Of a DNA stretch of 64,000 nucleotides, positions 40,634-49,028 are shown one piece after another (the first letter of the stretch is position 1; each line of letters begins with the position of its first letter). This DNA comes from an uncultured delta proteobacterium. GTDB taxonomy: Bacteria; Desulfobacterota; Binatia; DP-6. The position numbers and the translations under genes are program-made. Location: positions 1,120,001 through 1,184,000 of the forward strand of contig CAWFFN010000005.1 of assembly GCA_963815115.1 (NCBI GenBank), given 5' to 3'. The notes under the pieces were generated by a model, which was not told the DNA's origin, made no database searches, and was given only the letters and a program-made list of their open reading frames with translations.

Positions 40634-41623
40634 TCACGATGCGAGCCGCTCGGGCGCCGCCTCCTCGCGTGCGCGAGCCAGGAAGACGGTGAAACACGCC
40701 CCGGCTTCCGGTTCGTTCTTCACGGTGACCCGGCCGCCGTGCTCCTGTACGATCGCCTGCACCACGGCGAGCCCGAGGCCGGTGCCCTCGCCGACCGGCT
40801 TCGTCGTGTAGAAGGGCTCGAAGACGTGCGGCAGGTGTTCGGCCGCGATGCCGGATCCCTCGTCGGTCACGCGGAGCCATATCCAGTCGGCGGCAGCGCG
40901 CCCGTGCGGTCCGGGAGCCTCGCCGATCTCCACCCGGAGCCGGCCGCCTTCCGTCATGGCCTGGATCCCGTTCATCACCACGTTGGTCACGACCTGCTGG
41001 AGCTGCGTCTTGTCGCCACGGACGAGGACCGGCTGCTCGGGCAGCGCGAGATCGACCCGGACCTGGTGCTTCTCGGCCAGCGGCTCGACCATGGCGAGCG
41101 AGCTGGATACCACCTGGCGAACGTCGATGAGCGCCATCGACGATGCCTGACGCCGCGCATAGTCCAGGAGCTGGCGCACGATCGCCGTCATCCGAGCCGA
41201 CTGGTCGAGAATCGCTGCGGCACTCGCCTGCGCTTCGCGGCCGGTGGCCTCACCCGATGCGATCAGCCGCGCTCGCACCCCGATGACGCTCAACGGTGTG
41301 CCCAGCTCGTGGGCGACACCGGAAGCCAGGTGACCGATGGTCTGCAGGCGATCGGCATGCTGAAGTCGCTCGCGCGCCACGATCCGCTCGCTCGCGGCAT
41401 TCGGCTCCTTCGCCGGCCCGCCGCGCTCGTCGTGGCGATCGAGCGCGATCGGTCGCAGCGCCCTGCCACGACCGAGTGCCCGCACCGACTGCCGGATCAG
41501 GGCGACGGGACGCTTGACCAACCACGCACCCAGGGCCGCCGCGAGCCGGTCGCTCGATGAGAAGTACGACCAAGGAGCGACCACCGAATGAGGCATGTGC
41601 AAACCAGGACGATCCGGCCGCAA
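40634..41623 (-). CDS. Sensor histidine kinase (degenerate HAMP, probably N-terminally truncated)
   Basis: GVAHELGTPL H-box, NVVMNGIQAM, DEGSGI, FEPFYTTK and GTGLGL boxes. Confidence 0.85.
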   Translation of the reverse strand: MRPDRPGLHMPHSVVAPWSYFSSSDRLAAALGAWLVKRPVALIRQSVRALGRGRALRPIALDRHDERGGPAKEPNAASERIVARERLQHADRLQTIGHLASGVAHELGTPLSVIGVRARLIASGEATGREAQASAAAILDQSARMTAIVRQLLDYARRQASSMALIDVRQVVSSSLAMVEPLAEKHQVRVDLALPEQPVLVRGDKTQLQQVVTNVVMNGIQAMTEGGRLRVEIGEAPGPHGRAAADWIWLRVTDEGSGIAAEHLPHVFEPFYTTKPVGEGTGLGLAVVQAIVQEHGGRVTVKNEPEAGACFTVFLARAREEAAPERLAS

Positions 41624-41740
41624 AGGATGTGTCGATCCCGGCAGCCCTTGCCCTCCGAGACACGGCCAGGCGGCTCTTCATCACCGAGGAGGGACGGCTC
41701 GGCCGAAACTCCATCCATGCCTTTGACACACACCGAGCTG

Positions 41741-42289
41741 TCAGCGGCGCCGCAGCACGAGCGTGGAGCCCTGTCGATTCATGTCGAAGCGGTCGAGGAA
41801 GGTCATGCCGAGCAGCCCAAATGGCAGCGTGTCGGCGTCGGTCACGAACCCGTCAATGTGGCGCACGGTCGTGTCGCCGACAGTCACCGAGTCGAGCGAA
41901 ACCCGCCATCGACTCGCTACCCCGTTCGCGGTCATCGTTTTCACGGGCGTGCCGGTACGATAGTCCAGGCCAACACGCTCCGCATCCGCCCGAGAGAGCG
42001 TGGTCAAGGTCGCGCCCGTATCAACCAGGAAGCGCATGGCCTGTCCGTTTACGGCGCCGCTCGTGAAGAAGTGTCCGTGCGCATCGGCCGACAGCGTCAC
42101 GGTGCCGCTCTCGGTGGCACCCGCGTTCAACGATCCCTCCGCCGTGGGTGGCAGCATCGAGTAGAAGCGCGCGTATGCCGAGGATGGGAGTCCGCCGAGA
42201 CACACGAGGACAACGGAAGCGAGCCACTTGGAATTCGGGCGGAGACGGGCAGCAAGCAGAAGTCGCACGCTTCCACGAGCAAGGCTCAT
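41741..42289 (-). CDS. Clan AA (TIGR02281-like) aspartic protease
   Basis: GHF...VNG..FLVDTGAT, TANG and LLGMTFL motifs. Confidence 0.85.
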   Translation of the reverse strand: MSLARGSVRLLLAARLRPNSKWLASVVLVCLGGLPSSAYARFYSMLPPTAEGSLNAGATESGTVTLSADAHGHFFTSGAVNGQAMRFLVDTGATLTTLSRADAERVGLDYRTGTPVKTMTANGVASRWRVSLDSVTVGDTTVRHIDGFVTDADTLPFGLLGMTFLDRFDMNRQGSTLVLRRR

Positions 42290-42461
42290 GCCGCGTGCTG
42301 TCCGTGCCGTTTGAAACCACTCTCGCTGGAGCCGACGTGCGCACTTTCGCACGAGTCGGAAACCGTTTCCTGCGGCTGCGCGGCCTGCCCCCGGCCATCG
42401 CAGGAGATCGTCGGCGGGTTCCTCCACCTCGACTGGGAAGGCACCTGAGCCGGGGATCGGG

Positions 42462-44063
42462 TCAGAGCGTCCGCAGGAGGGTCTTCATGTCGGTGCGGAT
42501 CGACGTGCCCTGAAACTCGAGCGCCTGGCGCGTGGCCGCGGGCACGAGGTGACGCGCGACCAGCGACCGGACCCGGAAGCCGAACGAGGTCATCTTCCGG
42601 ATCGCCGCCTTCAGGCGGTGCGTCGCCTGCTTCTTCTTCGTCGCGGGGAGGCCTTCCGCCGAAACCTTCCGGTCGCGCGCCTTCGTCAGCGACGCCAGCA
42701 TCGAGTGCTGCGTGCGGCCGAGGTCGGTCGCCGCCTGCACCTGCGCGATGAGCGCGTCGAGGCGGCAGTCGATCGAGACGAACGTGGGCGCACGCGGCAC
42801 GTCGCACGATCCGGGGACGGTCGTCGTGGTGGTCGTCGTCGTGGGGGTGGTCGACGTCGTGGTTCTCATCGTGCCGGTCGTCGTGGTGGTCGTGACGATC
42901 GTCGTCGTCGTCGGCAGCGCCGCGCCGCCCTCGAAGGCGCCGACGTCACACTGTCCGGCGGGGCGGGAGACCCCGCGCTGGTCGACGCCGTCGACGGGTG
43001 CGCCGGCGCACGCGTCGGGGTCCCCGTGGTCGATCGCCGGGCTGCCCGCCAGCAGCGCGATCGTCTGCGTCGGGCCGCCGTTGTTCGCCGGTCCCGCGGG
43101 GTCGAGCACGGGGTTCGTGTCGCAGAACGAGGTGCCGCTGGTATCGGCGCATCCGGAGCCCGTGAAGCGGCAGGTGGCGCCGTCGTCGATGTTGTGGCCG
43201 CCGTCGTTGGGTGGAGAGCCGATGTTGCAATTCGCGTCCGGGGTGCCGGCGACGATCGTGTTCGTGAACGTCGCGTCGCCGCTCAGGAAGACGTTGGCGC
43301 CGTCGATGCCGGCGCTGTTGCCGCTGATCGTGCAGTTGACGACGGTCCCGTCGTCGCTGTCGTGATAGAGGCCGCCGCCGTCGCCGGTCGGCGCGCCGTT
43401 GCCGGCGATGGTGCTGTTCGCGATGGTGAGGGTGCCCATGTTGTAGATGCCGCCGCCGTTGCCGCCGCCCGCGGCGGTGTTGCCGCGGACCGTGCAGCGG
43501 CTGACCGTGAGGGTGCCGTTGCTGTAGATCGCACCGCCGTTGCCGCCGGCCGTGGTGCCGTTGCCGGTGAGCGTGCTGTCGGTGAGGGTGAGCGTTCCGG
43601 TGTTGTAGAGAGCGCCCCCGTTGCCGCCGGCCGTGGTGCTGTTGCCGCTGAACGTGCAGTGCGTCGCGGTCGTCGTCCCGTCGTTCGCGATGCCGCCGCC
43701 CGAGCCGGCGTCGCGGCCGTCGGCGATCGTCAGGTTCTGCAGCGTGAAGGCGATGCCCGAGTCCACCGTGAACACCTGCACGCTGTTGCCGCCGCTGATC
43801 GTGACCACGCCGCCGCCGTCGATGGTCGTGGGGGCGCTGATGTCCTTCGTGCCGGTGACGGTGATCGAGGCGCTGCCGCCGCAGGAGAACGTGACGCTGC
43901 CGTCGAAGCCGCCGCCGGCGGGTAGGCAGGCGTCCAGTGCCGCCTCGGTGCAGCTCGGGGCGGTGCCGGTGCCGACGAGGCAGGCCCGGGCGGCCGCGGG
44001 GAGGAGGAGCAGTGCGACGGCGAAAGCGAGACCCGAGATGCGGCGTGCGCGAGCGGTCAGCAT
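42462..44063 (-). CDS. Secreted beta-helix protein (GG[AG][IL]Y repeats, choice-of-anchor-Q-like domain, Thr linker, basic tail)
   Basis: Repeated GNGGALYN/GNGGAIYS/GNGGGIYN; NNGGPTQTIALLAGSPAIDHG..DQRG..CDVGAFE. Confidence 0.88.
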   Translation of the reverse strand: MLTARARRISGLAFAVALLLLPAAARACLVGTGTAPSCTEAALDACLPAGGGFDGSVTFSCGGSASITVTGTKDISAPTTIDGGGVVTISGGNSVQVFTVDSGIAFTLQNLTIADGRDAGSGGGIANDGTTTATHCTFSGNSTTAGGNGGALYNTGTLTLTDSTLTGNGTTAGGNGGAIYSNGTLTVSRCTVRGNTAAGGGNGGGIYNMGTLTIANSTIAGNGAPTGDGGGLYHDSDDGTVVNCTISGNSAGIDGANVFLSGDATFTNTIVAGTPDANCNIGSPPNDGGHNIDDGATCRFTGSGCADTSGTSFCDTNPVLDPAGPANNGGPTQTIALLAGSPAIDHGDPDACAGAPVDGVDQRGVSRPAGQCDVGAFEGGAALPTTTTIVTTTTTTGTMRTTTSTTPTTTTTTTTVPGSCDVPRAPTFVSIDCRLDALIAQVQAATDLGRTQHSMLASLTKARDRKVSAEGLPATKKKQATHRLKAAIRKMTSFGFRVRSLVARHLVPAATRQALEFQGTSIRTDMKTLLRTL

Positions 44064-44336
44064 CAGCGGCCATTCTGTATGGAGGATCGGCTGCGCGGGC
44101 AAGCCGCCCTTCCACCCGCCGCATACCGGCGATCAAAAGCGTCTTTCGCGGACGGTGGAAGCGGTGCTTGGTAGGATCGCGCGGACCATCCTCGACGGGT
44201 AGGCGGGCGCGCCACCCCGCGTGTGCTCGGGCCCCTGCAATAGAGCGCGCGTCCCGCTCGTCTCATGGGGCCAGACGTCGCGGTGGCGGGCGCCTGCCGC
44301 CCGCGAACCGTGACGCAATCTCTCCGAGGAGGTCCA

Positions 44337-44738
44337 ATGAAGCTTCGCACCACCCTCACCGCGCTGGCGTGTCTGACGGCCGGCGCAGGCATGGCGCACG
44401 CGGCGCAGACGATCGCCAGCGCGCCGCTGTGGACCGGCTTGAGCCACGCGGGCGCCTGCTACGTCCGGAACGTGGGAACGCGTCCGGTCTCGCTGACGGT
44501 GTCGCCGCTGATCAACTTCACGCCCGACTTCAGAACGTTTAGCTTCGAGAACTGCAACGAGGCGCCGCTGGCGCCCGGGCGCACCTGCGTGGGCCTGTTG
44601 AACGCTCTCGACGACGACGTGACCTTCGCCTGCTCCGCGGTCGTGAACGGAAGCGCGAAGAACGTACGCGGCAACGTCGAGATCCGCGAATCCGTCACGG
44701 GCGGGCTGCGGGTCATCGCCGCCGACGAGATGCGCTAG
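44337..44738 (+). CDS. Secreted hypothetical protein
   Basis: GAGGAGG RBS, signal peptide ending AHA-A, 4 Cys in the mature part. Confidence 0.75.
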   Translation: MKLRTTLTALACLTAGAGMAHAAQTIASAPLWTGLSHAGACYVRNVGTRPVSLTVSPLINFTPDFRTFSFENCNEAPLAPGRTCVGLLNALDDDVTFACSAVVNGSAKNVRGNVEIRESVTGGLRVIAADEMR

Positions 44739-44762
44739 GGCGCAGCGAGAAAGGAGATCGTC

Positions 44763-45155
44763 ATGAGAACGTCCGTCGTCTCGACCGCCATCGCGTGCCT
44801 GCTGGCGCTCACCGGCAGTGCCCGCGCGTCTCAGCTCCTCGCCACCCCCGCGATCTTCGGGGCCTCCAGCCAGCGAAGCGCCCAGTGCAACCTGGGCAAC
44901 TTCGGTACCCGCGACATCCCGGTCACCGGCTTCGACATCGTCGACGAGTCCGGCAATGCCTTCCCGGTGAACCGGGGGTGCGGCAGCGCGATCCCGGCCG
45001 GCTTCATCTGCCAGATCTTCGCGCCCAGCATCCCTTCCGGCCAGGCCGTGGCCTGCACCGCGACCGTGTCGAACGGCGACAAGGTGCGGGGCACCTTGCT
45101 CCTGTTCGACAGCACCGGCACCGGCGTCCCGGTGCGGGCGCAGGCCCTTCGCTAG
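44763..45155 (+). CDS. Secreted hypothetical protein, probable paralog of the upstream gene
   Basis: AAGGAG RBS, signal peptide, similar Cys spacing and C.A.V....VRG ending. Confidence 0.75.
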   Translation: MRTSVVSTAIACLLALTGSARASQLLATPAIFGASSQRSAQCNLGNFGTRDIPVTGFDIVDESGNAFPVNRGCGSAIPAGFICQIFAPSIPSGQAVACTATVSNGDKVRGTLLLFDSTGTGVPVRAQALR

Positions 45156-45189
45156 GCCGATCGTCGCGGCCGATCGGCCGCGGCCGGGA

Positions 45190-45226
45190 GAGCTCCTCGA
45201 GGATGCGCGCGCTCCTCGAGGAGCTC
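45190..45226. repeat. 14-bp perfect inverted repeat, possible terminator
   Basis: GAGCTCCTCGAGGA-N9-TCCTCGAGGAGCTC, next to the 18-bp palindrome CGCGGCCGATCGGCCGCG (45165-45182). Confidence 0.55.
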
Positions 45227-45246
45227 CCCGCGTACCGTGCCGAGCG

Positions 45247-45354
45247 GAGCCTGAAGGAGAAGGTGCTCCGGCCTCCCGCGTTGCGCGCGCCGCTCAGGCT
45301 GCCGTGATGGGCTTCGATGATCGAGCGGCGCATCGAGAGCCCCATGCCCTCGCC
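45247..45354 (-). pseudogene. Remnant of a histidine kinase HATPase C-terminus
   Basis: GEGMGLSMRRSIIEAHHGSL..RNAGGRSTFSFRL (G2 box and end). Confidence 0.65.
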
Positions 45355-45449
45355 CGCCCTTCAGATGGGACGCCGAGAGGCGATCGAGCAGCGAAAGACC
45401 GAGATCGCGAGTGCGAAGAAGCGGCGACGGGGTGGGAAGTACGTGGTCG

Positions 45450-45700
45450 AGGAGGCGGACGTGGACGGCGTGCCGCGCCTCTCCACGAAGTACGTCCGCA
45501 ACATCATCGTCGGCAGCTTCCGTGCGATCCTGCGTGACGCACTCGAGATCGACAGGATTCCGGTCCCGTTGAGACTCTCCGAGCTGTGCGTCGGCCTGAA
45601 GGGCGGCTGGGCGCACGAGGACGAGCATGAGCCCGATCCCGATCCGTTCACGCCGGCGGAACGCGACGCGATCCTCGAGTGGTTCCGAACGAAGATTCCG
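45450..45700 (+). pseudogene. Tyrosine integrase fragment (core-binding/linker region)
   Basis: LSTKYVRNIIVGSFRAILRDA...PDPFTPAERDAILEWF; no catalytic domain follows. Confidence 0.6.
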
Positions 45701-45704
45701 CCCG

Positions 45705-45845
45705 CTGGACGTGAAGGCGATCCGCCGCCAGCTTGGCGTGTCGCAGACCGCTTTCGCCGCGCTCATCAGTGTGCCGGTGGGAACGCTGCCCAACTGGGAG
45801 CAGGGGCGCCGGGTCCCTGACGGGTCAGGACGAGCGAGGGCCGCT
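45705..45845 (+). pseudogene. HigA/Xre-type HTH antitoxin fragment
   Basis: DVKAIRRQLGVSQTAFAALISVPVGTLPNWEQGRRVPDG with no own start. Confidence 0.7.
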
Positions 45846-45951
45846 TGTCGCCTTGACCAGGGGCTCGTCCCGCTCAGCTGCGATGCGCCCCCCAAATGGC
45901 CGTCGGTCCCGTTGGATATGCAGGTCGGGTTGGAGTGCCCCGAATCGCTCA

Positions 45952-45979
45952 TTGACTTAGTAAGCCAATGGCATAGAAT
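45952..45979 (+). promoter_or_regulatory. Sigma-70-type promoter, probably leaderless, with palindromic operator
   Basis: TTGACT-16-TAGAAT ending 6 bp before GTG 45986; GCCA-A-TGGC palindrome in the spacer. Confidence 0.6.
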
Positions 45980-45985
45980 GCGGCG

Positions 45986-46277
45986 GTGCGAGTAGAGTGG
46001 GACCCGGAGAAGGACCGCACGAACCGCGTCGAACACGGTCTCGCCCTCGATGAGGTCCGGATTCTCTTCGAGCGCGATATCGACCACCTGGTGATCCATG
46101 ACCAAGAGCACGGCGACGACGAGGACCGGGTCCTTGCCATCGGGCCAGTTGCGAGGGGAGTGGCACGGTGGCGTATGCGGACCGAAAGACGATGTCGTCC
46201 GCGTCATCAGCGCTCGCATGGCGACGCGGATCGAGGAAGAGGCGTTTTACAGGCGAGCGGGAGGCCGAAAGCGATGA
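45986..46277 (+). pseudogene. BrnT-family toxin, frameshifted
   Basis: VEWDPEK..N..HGL..EDR..AIG, then VVRVISARMAT..E..Y in another frame. Confidence 0.75.
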
Positions 46278-46604
46278 AGGACGAGATCAGGGAACTGACC
46301 GCCGCTGACTTCGAGCGTCCCTCGACGACTCCGCGATCGTTTGGTGCGCGGTGAGTTCAAGAGCGGTGAAGACGTAGCGGCTCTGCGTCGCTTCATCGGG
46401 CTGTCGCAAGAGACGTTCGCTCTGGCTCTGGGTATCAGCGCTTACACACTCCGTAACCGGGAGCAGGGTAGGCGCATGCCGGAAGGACCCGCCCTTGCGC
46501 TGCTGCGCATCGCCGCCCGGCACCCGAGAGTGTTCGTGAGAACCTCGCGCTGGCAGGGTGAGGGATGTCGGCCGATGAAGTCGACTGGATCTTGCGCTCG
46601 CTGA
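46274..46604 (+). pseudogene. Xre/HigA-type HTH antitoxin, frameshifted
   Basis: ATGA overlap; MKDEIRELTAADFER, then shifted DVAALRRFIGLSQETFA..EQGRRMPEGPALALLRIAARHP. Confidence 0.7.
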
Positions 46605-46665
46605 CGGGACTGAGCTGCCTCGCCTCGGCGTGTCGGAAGCTATTGACCCGCCGCGGAAGTCGAAA

Positions 46666-46780
46666 TGCGAGGAGGGGGACTTGACCCCCCTGGCAATCCC
46701 TGTGACTTCGAGGTTTTTCGGGAGCTTGTCGTGACGCTGCATGACGGGCCATGACGAGATCGGGTCCCTCGGCCCCGATC
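46666..46780. repeat. att-like repeat copy C: tRNA-Leu 3' end plus conserved arm
   Basis: TGCGAGGAGGGGGACTTGA identical to the tRNA 3' end; the next ~90 bp closely match 47634-47723. Confidence 0.9.
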
Positions 46781-46871
46781 TCACCGCGCCGCACCCACCT
46801 GCATGTGGCCCCGGCTGCTCGACGATCTATCTCGGGCCGTGTAGGTACGAAGTCGCCTCGGAGGACTAGCC

Positions 46872-47087
46872 ATGTTCGATCGCATCAGCTTCGACCCCCA
46901 CATCCTGCGGGGACGGGCGTGCATCCGCGGGATGCGCATCCCGGTGTCTGTCATCGTGGGGCAGATCGCGCACGGGGCTACCTTCGAGGAGATCCTGGAG
47001 GGGTATCCCGACCTCGAACGCGAGGACATTCAGCAGGCCATCGAGTATGCGGCTTGGCTGACCCAGGAGCAGGTGCAACTCTCGTAG
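46872..47087 (+). CDS. DUF433-family antitoxin
   Basis: RISFDPHIL.G.ACIRGMRIPV..EEIL..YPDLE.EDI..A..YAA; GGAGG RBS. Confidence 0.9.
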   Translation: MFDRISFDPHILRGRACIRGMRIPVSVIVGQIAHGATFEEILEGYPDLEREDIQQAIEYAAWLTQEQVQLS

Positions 47088-47096
47088 CCGGCCGTC

Positions 47097-47469
47097 GTGC
47101 GCTTCCTCGCCGACATGGGCGTCGATCAACGGGTCGTCGCCTGGCTGCGCGCGGCTGGCCACGATGCCGTCCACCTGCGCGACGAGGGACTGCACCGCCT
47201 TTCCGACGAAGCGATCTTCGACAAGGCGATCGCGGAAGGCCGAGTAGTCCTGACGTTCGACCTGGACTTCGGTGAGATCGCTGCCCTTGCGAGGGGACGG
47301 GTGGCGAGCGTCGTCTCCGACTGCCCGATACAAGATACTCTCGGTCATCGAGCGCCTTCAGGCAGTTCTCCCTGCATCGGCGGAGGCCCTGGCCAGCGGC
47401 GCGGTCGTCATCGTCGAGCCGGCGAGGCACCGGACACGCGCGCTGCCGAACGTGCGACCGGATCCCTGA
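47097..47469 (+). pseudogene. DUF5615 PIN-like toxin, frameshifted near 47310-47340
   Basis: MRFLADM..GHDAVH..D..I...EGRVVLTFDLDFG; the expected C-terminus (GAVVIVEP..R.R.LP) lies in another frame. Confidence 0.8.
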
Positions 47470-47607
47470 GCGCGCACGCTCCAACCGGCCAGCGAAGTTT
47501 GTTTCCGCACCGGTGATGAGCATTCGGAGAGCTGGATCGGCTCGAAACACAGGAGGGGGACAACCGCGTCCGAGGGCTGGAGACCCCGCCAAATCAGTAG
47601 CTTGACG

Positions 47608-47723
47608 AGTGCGAGGAGGGGGACTTGAACCCCTGAGAATCCCCGTGACTTCGAGGTCTTTCGGGAGCTTGTCGTGACGCTGCATGACGGCCTATGACGA
47701 GATCGGGTCCGTCGGACCCGATC
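47608..47723. repeat. att-like repeat copy B: tRNA-Leu 3' end plus conserved arm
   Basis: 26 bp identical to 48380-48405; the arm ends in the hairpin GATCGGGTCC-GTC-GGACCCGATC. Confidence 0.92.
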
Positions 47724-47754
47724 CGTGGTCGGCCTTGCTGGGTCGCGGACAGCG

Positions 47755-47988
47755 TCAGCCGGCACGCCGCATCGCGCGTGCGAGAATGTCATTGATCAGG
47801 GATTGGTACGGCATGCGGCGCTTAGCGGCCGTCGCTTTCAGGCGACTCAGCACCTCCGGGTCGACCCGGACCGAGATCGCGGTCCGCGCGACGCGCCCAA
47901 GGGGTGGCCGCCCGACCCGGCGCATGCTCGCGAGCTGCTCGTTGGACAACTCGGAGATGTCGCTGAAGTCGATCTTACGCTTCGGCAT
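47755..47988 (-). CDS. BrnA-family antitoxin
   Basis: IDFSDI.EL, GRPP, ISVRVDPEVL and PYQSLINDIL motifs. Confidence 0.88.
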   Translation of the reverse strand: MPKRKIDFSDISELSNEQLASMRRVGRPPLGRVARTAISVRVDPEVLSRLKATAAKRRMPYQSLINDILARAMRRAG

Positions 47989-48244
47989 ATTGGTTGCGCT
48001 CTTTCCGGCTGGCGAGGCGTGCACTGATGATCCGTACCATTGTGCCCCGCAGCGTGTAGGCGACTACGACGATGCGTCCCATGGTGCTGCGTGCAAGACG
48101 CAGCCTCCGGGCCTCGCGAGTAGAGTGGCGCAGATCAGTGCCGTCAAGACCGACGGGGTCGTCGAAAGCACTCGCAGCCTCTTCGAACGAGACACCATGT
48201 TTCGCGTAGTTGCTCCGCGCCTTCCCCTCATCCCACTCGAACAC
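47975..48244 (-). CDS. BrnT-family ribonuclease toxin
   Basis: FEWDEGKA.SN..KHGVSFEEA..F.DP...VRIISARLASRKER..Y. Confidence 0.92.
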   Translation of the reverse strand: MFEWDEGKARSNYAKHGVSFEEAASAFDDPVGLDGTDLRHSTREARRLRLARSTMGRIVVVAYTLRGTMVRIISARLASRKERNQYAEA

Positions 48245-48250
48245 ACCGAG

Positions 48251-48266
48251 TTTCGTATATACGAAA
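48251..48266. promoter_or_regulatory. Perfect 16-bp palindrome, putative BrnA operator
   Basis: TTTCGTATATACGAAA directly upstream of brnT. Confidence 0.65.
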
Positions 48267-48381
48267 GGTCGGACGGCTGCAAGTGCTCGCGAGCCGACGA
48301 TTCGGACAGGTCTTCACTCTGGTGGCCAGCGTCGGAGAGCTCGTTGACCGAGGTGCGCCAATGCGTGTGGTCGGTCAGAAG

Positions 48382-48464
48382 TGCGAGGAGGGGGACTTGA
48401 ACCCCCACGGGTGTTACCCCACTAGCCCCTCAAACTAGCGCGTCTGCCATTCCGCCATCCTCGC
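48382..48464 (-). tRNA. tRNA-Leu(GAG), CCA not encoded
   Basis: GCGAGGATGGCGGAATGGCAGACGCGCTAGTTTGAGGGGCTAGTGGGGTAACACCCGTGGGGGTTCAAGTCCCCCTCCTCGCA; cloverleaf with long variable arm. Confidence 0.96.
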
Positions 48465-48527
48465 ACGGCAGGGACTCGGGCAGCGTCGGGTCCTAACAGA
48501 GCCCTCAAACGCTGTCGAGTCGGGGAG

Positions 48528-49028
48528 TTATTTCTTCGCTGGCGCCGGCGCGGGCGTGGGTGCGGAACCGCCCGCGGCAGGAGCGTTGCCTTCCGCCGGT
48601 GCGGTGCCGCCGGCCGGCGGAGTCGGGGAGGGCGCTTGCGCGGCGGGCGGTACGGCCTCGGGTGCGGCCGCGAAGGGCGGCTGAGGCGCGGGTGTGCCGC
48701 CCTCGGCGGCCGGGACCTCCGGCGCGACCGGCGGCGTCGGGAGCTGGGCAGCGGGCGGCGGCAGCCGCTCGATCAGCCGGGACGAGCCGGGCGTCTGGCC
48801 GTACGTCAGGACGAGCGATGTCACCATGAAGATGATCGCCGTCGCCGTGGTGAGGTGGGTGAGGAAGTTGCCCGCGCCGCTCGAGCCGAAGAGCGTCTGG
48901 CTGCCGCCTCCGAAGACGGCGCCCATGTCGGCACCCTTGCCGGTCTGGAGCAGGACCACCACGATCAGGAAGATGCACGAGACGACGTGGACGGTCGGAA
49001 CGACGTAGTGAAAGAGCACGGTTCCCAT
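48528..49028 (-). CDS. secG: Preprotein translocase subunit SecG with Pro/Ala-rich tail
   Basis: VVLLQTGKGADMGAVFGGGSQTLFGSSGAGNFLT; tpiA-secG-tRNA-Leu order. Confidence 0.93.
   Translation of the reverse strand: MGTVLFHYVVPTVHVVSCIFLIVVVLLQTGKGADMGAVFGGGSQTLFGSSGAGNFLTHLTTATAIIFMVTSLVLTYGQTPGSSRLIERLPPPAAQLPTPPVAPEVPAAEGGTPAPQPPFAAAPEAVPPAAQAPSPTPPAGGTAPAEGNAPAAGGSAPTPAPAPAKK

Noticed and set aside
46666-48405. Three direct repeats read as a CRISPR array or extra tRNA genes
   Set aside because: Spacing is 770-940 bp, no cas genes are present, and copies B and C contain only the tRNA 3' portion.
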